From NCBI RefSeq assembly GCF_006345805.1, contig NW_021825776.1:1-14687 (forward strand): DNA of 14,687 nucleotides. The letters run 5' to 3'. The notes under the pieces are model-generated. The model was not told the origin of the DNA, searched no databases, and saw only the letters and a list, made by a program, of their open reading frames with translations. Shown piece by piece: positions 1 to 10,404 of the stretch; position 1 is the first letter of the stretch; each line of letters starts with the position of its first letter. The stretch comes from Octopus sinensis (Eukaryota). Made by a program: the position numbers and the translations under genes.

Positions 1-87
1 AGAATGTATGCGGTGTGCCGAGCAGCATTCAGAATTAATTTCTGAAAATAATGGCGTGTTCCTTATAAATTTTTCAGTTGTGATAGG

Positions 88-218
88 CATATATATATAT
101 ATATATGCTTGTATGTATGTATGTATGTAACTATGTATATGTATCTCTGTGTATGTTTGTGTGTGTGTGTGTGTATGTGTGTGTGTGTATGTGTGTGTTT
201 GTGTGTGTGTGTGTGTGA
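88..218. repeat. Compound microsatellite (TA)n-(TATG)n-(TG)n
   Basis: Directly visible tandem repeats; explains ORF 63..278. Confidence 0.95.
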
Positions 219-289
219 TGTAACAATGCAACAAGCCCTGAAACGTGCATAATATGAAGTATTCACGAACACATACATAAACAGATATA

Positions 290-530
290 GCTACACACAC
301 ACAAGCACACACACACATATATATATATGTATTTATATACATATATAATATATATATATACTACAAATATGTATACACACATATACATATATATATATAT
401 ATATACTTCTATATAAATAAATTTATGTATACACATATATATGCATATATATGTAAATATTTACATATACATATATACCTATATTAATTTATATGTGTGT
501 ATGATGTGTGTGTGTATGTTTTTTGTGTGC

Positions 531-561
<31 letters not shown>

Positions 562-570
562 TATGTGTTC
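290..570. repeat. Degenerate (CA)n/(TA)n/(TG)n microsatellite field
   Basis: Directly visible. Confidence 0.9.
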
Positions 571-823
571 TTATCTAAATACTAGTTGGGGGTGTTAGAC
601 GAAAGAAAAAGGAACCCTGCAAATTTTGTAGCAGTTACATGTATACTTATTTTAAATTTAAATCAGTTTCAGTTAGATCCATAGGACTGAAAGTGTTGCT
701 GGGCTCCTTAGAGAAACTTGTGTGTGTGCATGTGTGTGTGAGGGTATGAGTGCGTATATATATAGAGATGTGTAAATGAATATATATAAATATATATGTA
801 TGTCTGTGTGTGTGTATTGTGAA

Positions 824-1137
824 GGCGCATGACTCGGTGGTAAGAGCGTCGAGCTTACGATCGTGAGGTTGTGAGTTCGAATCCCAGACCGAGCTGCGTT
901 TTTTGTTCTTGAGCAAGACACTTTATTTCACATTGCTCCAGTTCACACAGCTGTAGAAATGAGTTGCAACGTCACAGGCGCCAAGCTGTATAGGCCTGTG
1001 GCTATGCCTTGGATAACACTGGTGGCCCGGAGAGGGGACAGCGGTATGTATGGACGACTGCTGGTCTTCCATAAACAACCTTGCCTGTAATTGTGCCTCG
1101 GAGGGTAACTCCTAGGTGCAATCCTATGGTCAATCAT
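824..1137 (+). mobile_element. tRNA-derived SINE with CORE-like central domain; 3' end approximate
   Basis: 5' tRNA-like head GGCGCATGACTCGGTGGTAAGAGC...GAGTTCGAATCCCAGACC. It is followed by TGTTCTTGAGCAAGACACTTTATTTCACATTGCTCCAGTTCACACAGCTGTAGAAATGAG (about 904-963), resembling the CORE-type SINE domain (GGCAAGTCACTT...CTGTAAAATG), then a GC-richer tail ending in (TA)-rich DNA. No acceptor stem or CCA, so not a tRNA gene. No TSD identified. Confidence 0.85.
830..883 (+). promoter_or_regulatory. RNA polymerase III internal promoter (A box 830-840, B box 875-883) of the SINE
   Basis: TGACTCGGTGG vs A-box consensus TRGCNNARYGG; GTTCGAATC matches B-box GTTCRANNC; spacing is tRNA-like. Confidence 0.75.
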
Positions 1138-1228
1138 ATAAATATGCTCAGGAGCATATTTATATATGATATATATATATATATTTTATATATATATATA
1201 TACACATAAATACATACATATATATAAA

Positions 1229-1266
1229 CTGTCCGACGAACTAGAACGGGAAACTCCGAGTAACAG
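1229..1266 (+). ncRNA. Minimal type I hammerhead ribozyme-like motif, probably inactive (stem II decayed)
   Basis: Stem I CTGT (1229-1232)/ACAG (1263-1266); core CCGACGA (1233-1239; canonical CUGANGA); stem II region 1240-1249; GAAA (1250-1253); stem III A-CTC/GAG-T with a 1-nt loop (1253-1261); cleavage triplet GTA (1260-1262). Confidence 0.6.
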
Positions 1267-1372
1267 GTTTTGTTGAATTTCGGCTGCTTTTAAATAAAGC
1301 ATATTACTCTACACCTGGTATTTGAGTACACTTTTTTCCACCTTGTTTCACATTTATGTGTTTACTCCCGGT

Positions 1373-1496
<124 letters not shown>

Positions 1497-1574
1497 GTCG
1501 TACGAAATATACAATAAACGCACAAGCAACCGGACACCTAGGTGATATAAAAAGGGACTACAAAACATATACAT

Positions 1575-1790
1575 ATCTATATGTATATATATATATTATA
1601 TATATGTGTGTGTGTGTGTGTGTTGTGTGTGTGTGTATGTATATATGTATATATGCATATATTTATATCCATGGTCGTAATGCATATTTTTGAATATATA
1701 TATGTGTATGTACATATATGTGCACATATATATATGTATGTGTATGCGCGCGCGCTCGGGTGTGTGTATACACGTACACATATGTCTATG
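1575..1790. repeat. Compound (TA)n/(TG)n microsatellite containing (GC)5 at 1746-1755
   Basis: Directly visible. Confidence 0.9.
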
Positions 1791-2040
1791 TCTTCATATA
1801 ACTATGGAGACTTGTGTTCGAGCCGTATCGTGTGCGTTTTCCGAATGTCTTTTGCAATAGCCAAGTTTCAACCAGACTCTTCATGTGTCATGTTTTACAA
1901 ATAGGTTTTCTCAAGAAACTTATCCACTTCACTGTTCTTTTAATATCTCTCAAGGTCATTTCTGCTTTATGCATTTTGGTCGCTGCTACTTGTACTTTAA
2001 TTGTTCATCTATCTGGAATATGTTCAAAGATGAATTCTTT
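1790..2040 (-). mobile_element. Possible decayed Tc1/mariner transposase N-terminal (HTH) remnant
   Basis: Minus frame reads ...DR*TIKVQVAATKMHKAEMTLRDIKRTVKWISFLRKPICKT*HMKSLV, loosely like Tc1-type 'IVALHKAGxSLREIAK...ICKRY'. No TIRs or DDE region found. Confidence 0.2.
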
Positions 2041-2499
2041 ATAATACATGAGTAACAACATTTAGGCTACACAGTTCAGTTTATTGAACAACTGGAATAT
2101 TTATTATCCAAAAGGACCCGCATCTTCTTTTTTATACGTTTGAATATGTGAGATTGTTTGTTTGAAGAGATGTCCTATATGAGGAGTACATATCTTACGT
2201 AAAAGAGAGGTGTACAAAACACATTCTCTTCATAATCATTATCAAAACTAGATGGCGTCTGTGTTTGACAAGCTTAACAAATGGGAAAAATGAAAAAGAA
2301 TATTAAGGGCAGTTTTACTATAAAAGTTTTAGTTTATGTAATACATCGTACAGAAATAAATATAGATCCATGAACATATACATATACAGAAAAAAAGTTC
2401 CTCTTGGAAAATATCCGAAACAGGGGTGCAGACTACGGATACAGGTATGCAGAGATTTACAGCCATTAAATAAACAATTATACAACTCATTGTGCGAGT

Positions 2500-2826
2500 A
2501 TGCGCGAGTATGCGTGTAAATATGTGTGTGTGTAAATATACTGGTATATATATGTATACAGACAGACGCAAGCATACACACACAGACACACTCACACACA
2601 TACATGCATGATACATACATGAATACATACATACACTACATACATACATACATACATACGTACGTACATACATACATACATATACATACATACATACATA
2701 CATACATACATACATACATGCATACATACATGCATACATACATACATACATACATACATACATACATACATACATACATACATACATGTATATATGTATG
2801 CATGAATGTATGTATATATGTATATC
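2500..2826. repeat. (TACA)n tetranucleotide array with (CA)/(TA) flanks
   Basis: Near-perfect TACA units at about 2620-2790. Confidence 0.95.
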
Positions 2827-2832
2827 AGTAAT

Positions 2833-3201
2833 GGAATGTTAGGCGAACTAAAGAAACCTCGGCCTCATGTTCTCTGAGAGCACGATCATGTACTTAATTT
2901 GGATTTTATACTTTTCAACAGTTTGATTGTGAATTCTGGAGCCATCGCAAATTTTTACTAAAAACAAACAAGTGATGAGAATTCAGATTCTTTATTGCCA
3001 GCTTCCATAACACAATCCAACCTTTGAATGACAATAACGCAAGAATCATTCGATATTGAGGCCGTTATGAATTATTATGGATTATAAGTTGGTGCACAAG
3101 TTAACCCAGAGCTCAAGCGACCGGAGGAATATCGGAAAGCTGAAATGACACATAACTCAAGTTACACTGAGACGTGCGTAGTTGACGAAATACACCGAGC
3201 A
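2833..3201 (+). pseudogene. Possible decayed coding segment of unknown origin (4 in-frame stops)
   Basis: Frame reads GMLGELKKPRPHVL*EHDHVLNLDFILFNSLIVNSGAIANFY*KQTSDENSDSLLPASITQSNL*MTITQESFDIEAVMNYYGL*VGAQVNPELKRPEEYRKAEMTHNSSYTETCVVDEIHRA. My hand count over 123 codons: GC1 about 50%, GC2 about 33%, GC3 about 33%. Confidence 0.3.
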
Positions 3202-3510
3202 CACACACACACACATACACATACAAACACACACACACATACAAACATACACACACATAAAAACACACATACACACACAACATGCACACACATTCACACA
3301 CGCATAATCATGTATATTTGTATGTGTACCTGTGTGTGTGTCTGTGTGTGCCCGTGTGTTTATGTGTCTGCCTCTGAGTATATGTATATGCATATATTCA
3401 TATATATATATATGTGCACGCGCGTGTGTGTATATACACTCAGGGAAACACACTCGGACATACACATAGACATAAACACACATTCAGACACGCTTATATA
3501 TCTATATACA
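3199..3510. repeat. (CA)n block followed by (TG)n/(TA)n block
   Basis: Directly visible. Confidence 0.9.
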
Positions 3511-3539
3511 TAAATTTATATTCATAGACATGCGTTGAG

Positions 3540-3816
3540 GTTTATATATGTGTATATATGTTTATACGCAAATAATTATAACCACATACCCACGCACTCA
3601 GGCATATGTCTTTGTGTCCACATATAAATACGAAAAACATCAATATATATATATATATAGATATATATATATTATATATATTATATATATATGTATATAA
3701 TATATGTATATTATATATATAACATATATCTATATTTCTAGATATGTATATATACATATATATATATAATATATATATATTTCTAGATATGTAATATATA
3801 ATATATATTATATATA

Positions 3817-3860
<44 letters not shown>

Positions 3861-3880
3861 TTGTACTTGCATGCGTACAT
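3540..3880. repeat. Degenerate (TA)n field with an internal 18-bp duplication
   Basis: TATATTTCTAGATATGTA occurs at 3731-3748 and 3776-3793. Confidence 0.9.
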
Positions 3881-4369
3881 GCAAATGCTACTACGTGTTC
3901 AAATAATATCAAAGACTTTCATGCAAATATATGAATAAATGCATACCCTTTTATAAAAATGAGCTTTTAATACTTTAGACCATGTTCTAATTTTCTTACA
4001 CGTTCAAGTCTTTACTGTCCATCCGTCTCTTAATACCCCTATTATGTATGACCGTTTTAGAAGCCACCCAACTATCCGATTGTTGTGACAAAGTCATGTG
4101 ATGTGTTCGATAAGAAACGTATGTACACAACTTTAAAACTTTGAGTACACTTCAAAAGGAGCCAAAAAAAAAAAATTTGTGCATGTCTGAGTGTGTGTAT
4201 GTATGCGTGCATTATTTTATTCTCGTTTCTGTTGTGTTTCAGCGTAAAGGCTTTGGCCACGCTGGGGGAATATGTATTCATATATACAACTGAACACACA
4301 CGGACACACAACTGCCATAATGCAGAGTCGCTCACACGCAAATCGATGTACACTTACAAGCCCCCGCGT

Positions 4370-4587
4370 GCATACACACGAACACACACGCACAAACTCA
4401 TACACACATGCGAATGTATTACATATTTACATCTATCTTTGTGTCTATCTGTCTATCTATCTATGCATATGTACATATATACACGCATATACATATGTAT
4501 ACATATACATATAAACACACATATGTGTATATATACAAATGTTTATATTATGTATATATATGTGTGTGTGTGTATATAGGTATATAT

Positions 4588-4622
<35 letters not shown>

Positions 4623-4758
4623 GCACAAGGCATACTTACACACACGTACCCAAACACACGTGTGTGTGTATAATATATATATATATATATTATGTATTAT
4701 GTATAATATATATATATATGTATGTATGTATTATGTATAATATATATATATATGTATG

Positions 4759-4825
<67 letters not shown>

Positions 4826-4826
4826 C
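4370..4826. repeat. Compound (CA)/(TCTA)/(TA)/(TG) microsatellite field
   Basis: Directly visible; includes an exact 34-bp tandem duplication at 4691-4758. Confidence 0.9.
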
Positions 4827-5002
4827 GTATATAAATATTGAATTGGAGGCTCTAAGATTGGTAGATTCATACACACATCCCGAGATTTTAGATAAGACAA
4901 AACAAACGATAATGGGACAATGATAGATAAATATGTATACATACATTCGCAGTTCATGAATATTATAACATACAAGCGCAAAAGGCATCTGAGTTTCCAA
5001 CG

Positions 5003-5177
5003 TATATATATATATATATATACTATAACATATACATAATCTATATATATACATATATATAATATATATATATATATTATATATATATATATATATCTAT
5101 ATATATATATATATATATATTTACACTATATACATATATAGTATACACACATACATACATTACACACACACATATAC
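5003..5177. repeat. (TA)n/(CA)n microsatellite
   Basis: Directly visible. Confidence 0.92.
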
Positions 5178-7287
5178 TTGTTATCCTTTCTATTATCAAT
5201 TGTGATATTAGATTTGATATACAACACAAGTATTAACAATGCACTGTTATATCTGATAGATGTGTGGTGATATTATTTTCGTAATTTCGTAGTTTCTTTT
5301 AACCAGTCTGCTTTTATCCTATTGCTAATGTAATTTTATTTCTGTGGATCTATCCTTTAATCTCAAACATACACAAAACACTCATACACAAACAAAGAAA
5401 CAATCAAACAAAATATAAAAGAAAAAAGAAACATACCCTTTTTCTCAATTCTTCAAATATATAATTACCTATTTATTAAGCCAATCAATCTAGAAATTTC
5501 TAACTAGATATTTGGACTCCCCAGTGATTCGTCCAAAATGTAAACGATTTGCATATATATTATGTAATTATATACACTTCATAGACATCTGCACTCATGC
5601 GTGCGTATCTATATAGACTTGTACGGGTGTGTGTGTCTGCTTTGTAGATACATGTGTGAATGTAAATGGGTATGTGCTCTTGTTTTTGTCTACGTCAAGC
5701 CCACAAATTCTTAACAACGTTATGTCCATCAAAAGTGACGTCACTTTAGATTAGTTTCTAGCCTGTCAATTCCAGGAAAGAACGGTTTCGATTCTCACTT
5801 GCCATTTTAAATTTTACTTCGGTTCTCTGTTTATATCTATCCGTTATCTTTTCTCGGTATCTCCCCCGCCTCACATTCTCTGGTTCTTTCTGTCTGTTTT
5901 ACTAATATTTTCTCTCTTCACATATCTTACTTTATTCGCCTTTATTCTTACACTTTTACGTGGCTTTGGTTTTTATTATTAGTTAAGGAATTCTATGCTT
6001 CGAAGGAAGCCTGATATGTCATCGATGAACGAATCACTATCGATAACATAACTTTAATAAACATCTGAACTTCAAAATATTATACCATAGATGAGTAATT
6101 TTTATCATTAACCATCCACACATAAACACACACACACATATATTCACACAAACGTATATACGACCAATAGCTGCTATATTTCACTTTTTGCTATTTCTTA
6201 CAAAGATCAAAATATTTCTACAGCCTCTGTGATGCCAAAATATCTTGCTACATACATCTTTGAGTGGCCATCTGAACATCAAGTACATTGTAGATGAGTA
6301 TGTTTTGTCTCTCTGTCTCCCCCTCTCTCTCTTTGTCTATCTGCCTGTCTCTCTCTTTCACTTACATGCACACAGACTCAAGCAATAACTGCACTATTTC
6401 ACTTGACGATTTGTACCCTGTGCCTTCACAGAAACCCATCCCAAACACATTTCGATTGCTCAATGGTAAATTGAGAAAAATATGATGGAAAATGCATGTA
6501 ATTCATTTAAATACATGAATCTGTTACTTTAGTGTTCTTCTTGTAATTATTATTGTTCGTGCTGATGCCTTGTACAAAATATCAAAATTGATTTTACAGA
6601 TCTATGATCGAAGTTCTATCTGAAATGATGATCCTACTTTTTTTTTTAAAGAAATTTACAAGTACATTTTATTTTGTGTCCTTTCCCAAGACGACAGAGT
6701 ATGCTTTGAGAGAAGACACTGACTTGCAGCTGGATGCTTGAGATCAAGTATAGACATACATTCTTACACACATGCACGCGTATACTCTGGTAATTTTCTT
6801 CTAATATAAAGTGTTTGGTGGGGTACCATAGTAGCTTCAACAATGCGACATTATGGGTAAAAGTTTTAAAGAAATACGAAATTAACCTCCATAAGCCATC
6901 ACTTGATGGCTTATGTTTTCTTAAGTTTGCTGCTGTTCAGTATGTTTCATAATATCAGTTACCAGCAAAGAGCCCCTTTTATTAATGAAACAAATGTTTA
7001 AATCCGCATTCAATCAAATTTGTAGAGACGAAAGCGATGAAAAAACGTTTTGGAACTGATGAGTCGATGACGAGCAATTAATGATTTAACTGCTTATTTA
7101 TCAAACTCTCTCTGATTTTTGCCTTAGTTTATCTGGGTAACATTTTAAAATGATTCAAAACCTAATCCAAGATACTGAAGTTATATAAATCTTTAGTGTA
7201 ATTCTTAGTGATTGTTCGCATAAATTGCAAGACTGATGTCCTTCGTCATGAGATTCCCGACACAGAATATTGACCCAAAAGACATTG

Positions 7288-7380
7288 TGGCTTTCTACTC
7301 TCTCTCTCTCTCACCTCTCTCTCCCTCTCTCTCTCTCCCCTCTCTCTCCCCTCTCTCTCCCCCTTCTCTCTCTCTCTCAC
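7288..7380. repeat. (CT)n / CCCT polypyrimidine microsatellite
   Basis: Directly visible; explains ORF 7270..7611. Confidence 0.93.
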
Positions 7381-10241
7381 TCTTTTTGTTTCCGTGAAAG
7401 AAATAAAGGATCCTTTATATTTGCAATTTTTACATTTTTACTTTGTAAGGTCTTATCAAACACATTTTCTGAAAGTTATAGTCAAATAAAATATATCTGT
7501 CTTAGCATCAATGGGATTTCTTCTCTGTGTTCTTTAAGATTCCTGAAGAAATTTCTCATCCAAAGTCTAACAAATCATTCAAAATTTTTTTATGCAATGA
7601 TATCGGAGTAACGTAAAGAAGTATTCACCATTTTCTTAATCAACTGCCGAAAAAACCGACTTTAAAACTCTTGGGACTTCTTGAACTTTTCACCTTCGTT
7701 AACAACATTGGAAAATAACGATTAATATGGCACCCTAAGGTGCTCCTGGTGAATGATACCGTAAATAGTAAATTTAAAAGATATACGTCTTTTATATAAA
7801 TGACAAATCATTTACTTCATCCAACGATTATAGCGGTCTAGCCAATTATACTCTCGACCGGAACATTACTCTCACTACAAACTTTCATCATTTAAAACTC
7901 ATTTGAATCCTTAAATCTAACAATACCACCACTATCAGTTTGCTTGCTGCTTAAAATCTCATATAAACTACGAGAAGTGAGTATTTATCTTCTAGTTCCG
8001 CCTAAGAATAAAGGGAATATCCAGAATCGAAGTAAAATTACCAATCCCTGTTCAATATCATCTGGTGTTGTAGTTTCGATCATTCTGGCAAGAGTGAAAC
8101 AGCTTAAAGAAGGGGACTAAATTCTCAGCCAAGTTCACAACATCGTATATTATTATGGACAGTTAAGGTAGAATAATTGGCACACTTGTTATTATAAGTA
8201 TTTCTAGTTTTACTAATTATTTACGTATTATATTTGATGCGGCAATGTCAGTTCTAACTTCGAAATAAATAGACGATATATATTTCTTCGTTGGATGCGC
8301 GGTAGCTAAATGTTATGCCTCCTGCTTTAATTAGAACAGGTAGTGGTGCATATCAAACATATGGGCAGAAATGTGTTGTGTGGAAAAGCGATGAACCCAG
8401 ACGATATGTATTCCGTTAAATATTACTGACATTTCTTTTAACTGAAGAACTCATGGGTAAAATTATTTCTTAAAATTAAAATAAATAATAATAGTCAGAC
8501 ACCTTGAACAAGGAAAATAATGAAGAAATATTGAAGAGAATAAACAAAACAAACTTTTTAAATAGCTTTTGAGGGATGAAACAAATGTTAATAAAATAAC
8601 AATAGAAATAGAATGAGAGGTTTCTCGGTTAGAGCAGATGCCATATAGTCTGCGATAAAGATTCTGCTTATAACGTGACTCTGAAAATAAAGGTGATGGT
8701 GTCGAACAAGAATTGGAAATTTTTGATGGAGACGAAGCTAAAAGCTAAGAATATCTCGTAAATTCGGAATAACAATCAGATACAAGATTAAAAGTATCGT
8801 TTTAACCAGAAGAAGGAGACTCGATAAAAGCGATGTTACACATCAATTATGCAACAATTATTTCAAATAGTTGAACAACGAAGAACTCAGGGAAACAACC
8901 ATAAAAAAGAAAGGTGCAATGTTTATAATATTGCTGTGATATTAGGAAAAGAAAAGAGAATTCGACGTTTTGGACACAGGTACTTTGTCAAAACGTGGAA
9001 AGAAAATCCCTTATGTTATAACCATTTATAAATAATTAATGAAAGGACAAGGGTGAAGCTATGCAGTGCGGTGCTTTACTGGTAAAACATACAATTAACG
9101 GAGCGAGGTAGGTTATCAGAATTTCAAGAATACATGAGTCTGTGTGGCGGAAGTTCGTACGTGCGTATGTGCATGTAGACAAGTGTGTGTGTGAGCATGC
9201 ATAATAAGTAGTTATGTGCGTATGTGCTCTGGCAAGTAAATGCGGAAGTTAACACGTCTTAGCTTGGTAGAAGTGGCTGGTAGAAAGTTATATGTGAGGA
9301 GGAATAGTGTTTGTGCGTGATCTGAAATAGAAAATAAGTTTTGAAGAAAATGTAGGTGCTTGAGTATGATTTTTAAGATAGAGGAAGTGTTCCTAATAAA
9401 CTTAGTAAGCTACGTAAAAGACGGAAAATGAGTTGCTGTTCGCGATCAAGCAACAGGAGATCCCAGGCGTAACCTGTCCTAAACTATGGAACTCTTCTTT
9501 GAAATAACATAATTACTTTATTTTGCATTGGTGTTGTTCGTTAAATATTTGTGTCAATTTTTGAGGTTGCTCTCGAGACAGTGTTGACATGCTATTACAA
9601 TCACACGCCTTTCGTGAACAATCAAATAAAGAAACTCACTGTTACACGCAGACAAGTTTTTGGGTTCAACAAAAAAGGAAGAAAGGAAACAAGTTTTCAA
9701 TTTTGAGTAAACGTCTTTTACCCAACATTAACCATTTTCCTACATGTAAAGCTTTGTCTAACTTCTGTCGAGTATGATCAGCTGCCTTGATATTTCATCG
9801 GTTCGTTTGCCAGGAATCTATAAAGTCTTACGGTTTTCTTTCTCAAAGTTTTCAGTTTGTAGACAAATGAATTTAGAGAATCCTACCGCCATATGGTTCC
9901 TGGTGATGGAGACCGCTCTCTGCATACAGTAGTACTTGTGTTAGTGTCTGTATAAGTGCGAGTGTATTTATCCATACGTATGTGCCACACTTTCCGCCTG
10001 CTCACTTTCTTTGAGACGGCCCTTCAAATGAACTCTATCATTCAAAGAGCACCTTTCCGTGGAGTGAATTAGGTATATTTTCTCTGAGAACTACATTAAA
10101 CGTACCAAAGTCTGTAGGATACTCAGTCACATATGTTGCATTTGAATGAGTTAGAAATTCAATTAATCGATTATTTAGACCCTCACTGCTGACAGTAGAA
10201 GATCCTCTTAGGACAATATATATATATATATATGTATCTGA

Positions 10242-10404
10242 AAGGGCTGATCCAGTAAAAGAATAGGGTGGCTGAGAGGCACGTGACCCCTTCAAGAAAA
10301 GACGTGCACCCTTCTAAATAATGTTATTACGCCCTTTTCTCCAGGAATTGTATTCCTTTCTGACCTTGTACACTCCCTTCAAAAAATTCACGGGACCGCG
10401 CCTT
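10242..10404. mobile_element. Possible degenerate MITE (non-autonomous DNA transposon)
   Basis: Left end AAGGGCTGATCCAGTAAAA and reverse complement of right end AAGGCGCGGTCCCGTGAATTT are imperfect inverted repeats. They resemble (C)AGGGGCGGATCCAG-type MITE termini. No TSD seen. Confidence 0.3.

Noticed and set aside
824-898. tRNA gene
   Set aside because: The anticodon stem does not pair properly, there is no acceptor stem, and it runs directly into a SINE body.
647-1137. ORFs 647..916, 673..921 and 943..1137 on minus
   Set aside because: Antisense readings of the SINE plus flanking microsatellite.
4243-4273. 31-nt exon candidate after a good acceptor (TTTCTGTTGTGTTTCAG)
   Set aside because: Weak donor (AT|GTATTC), no supported partner exon, no recognisable peptide.
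6890-6919. Rho-independent terminator call
   Set aside because: The context is eukaryotic with no upstream gene; kept only as a hairpin finding.
7027-7065. Type II hammerhead permutation (GAC-GAAA...CTGATGA-GTC)
   Set aside because: Stem I would have only one base pair and stem III is marginal.
7403-7418. Perfect 16-bp palindrome ATAAAGGATCCTTTAT
   Set aside because: AT-rich 8-bp arms are expected by chance at this window size; no known motif.
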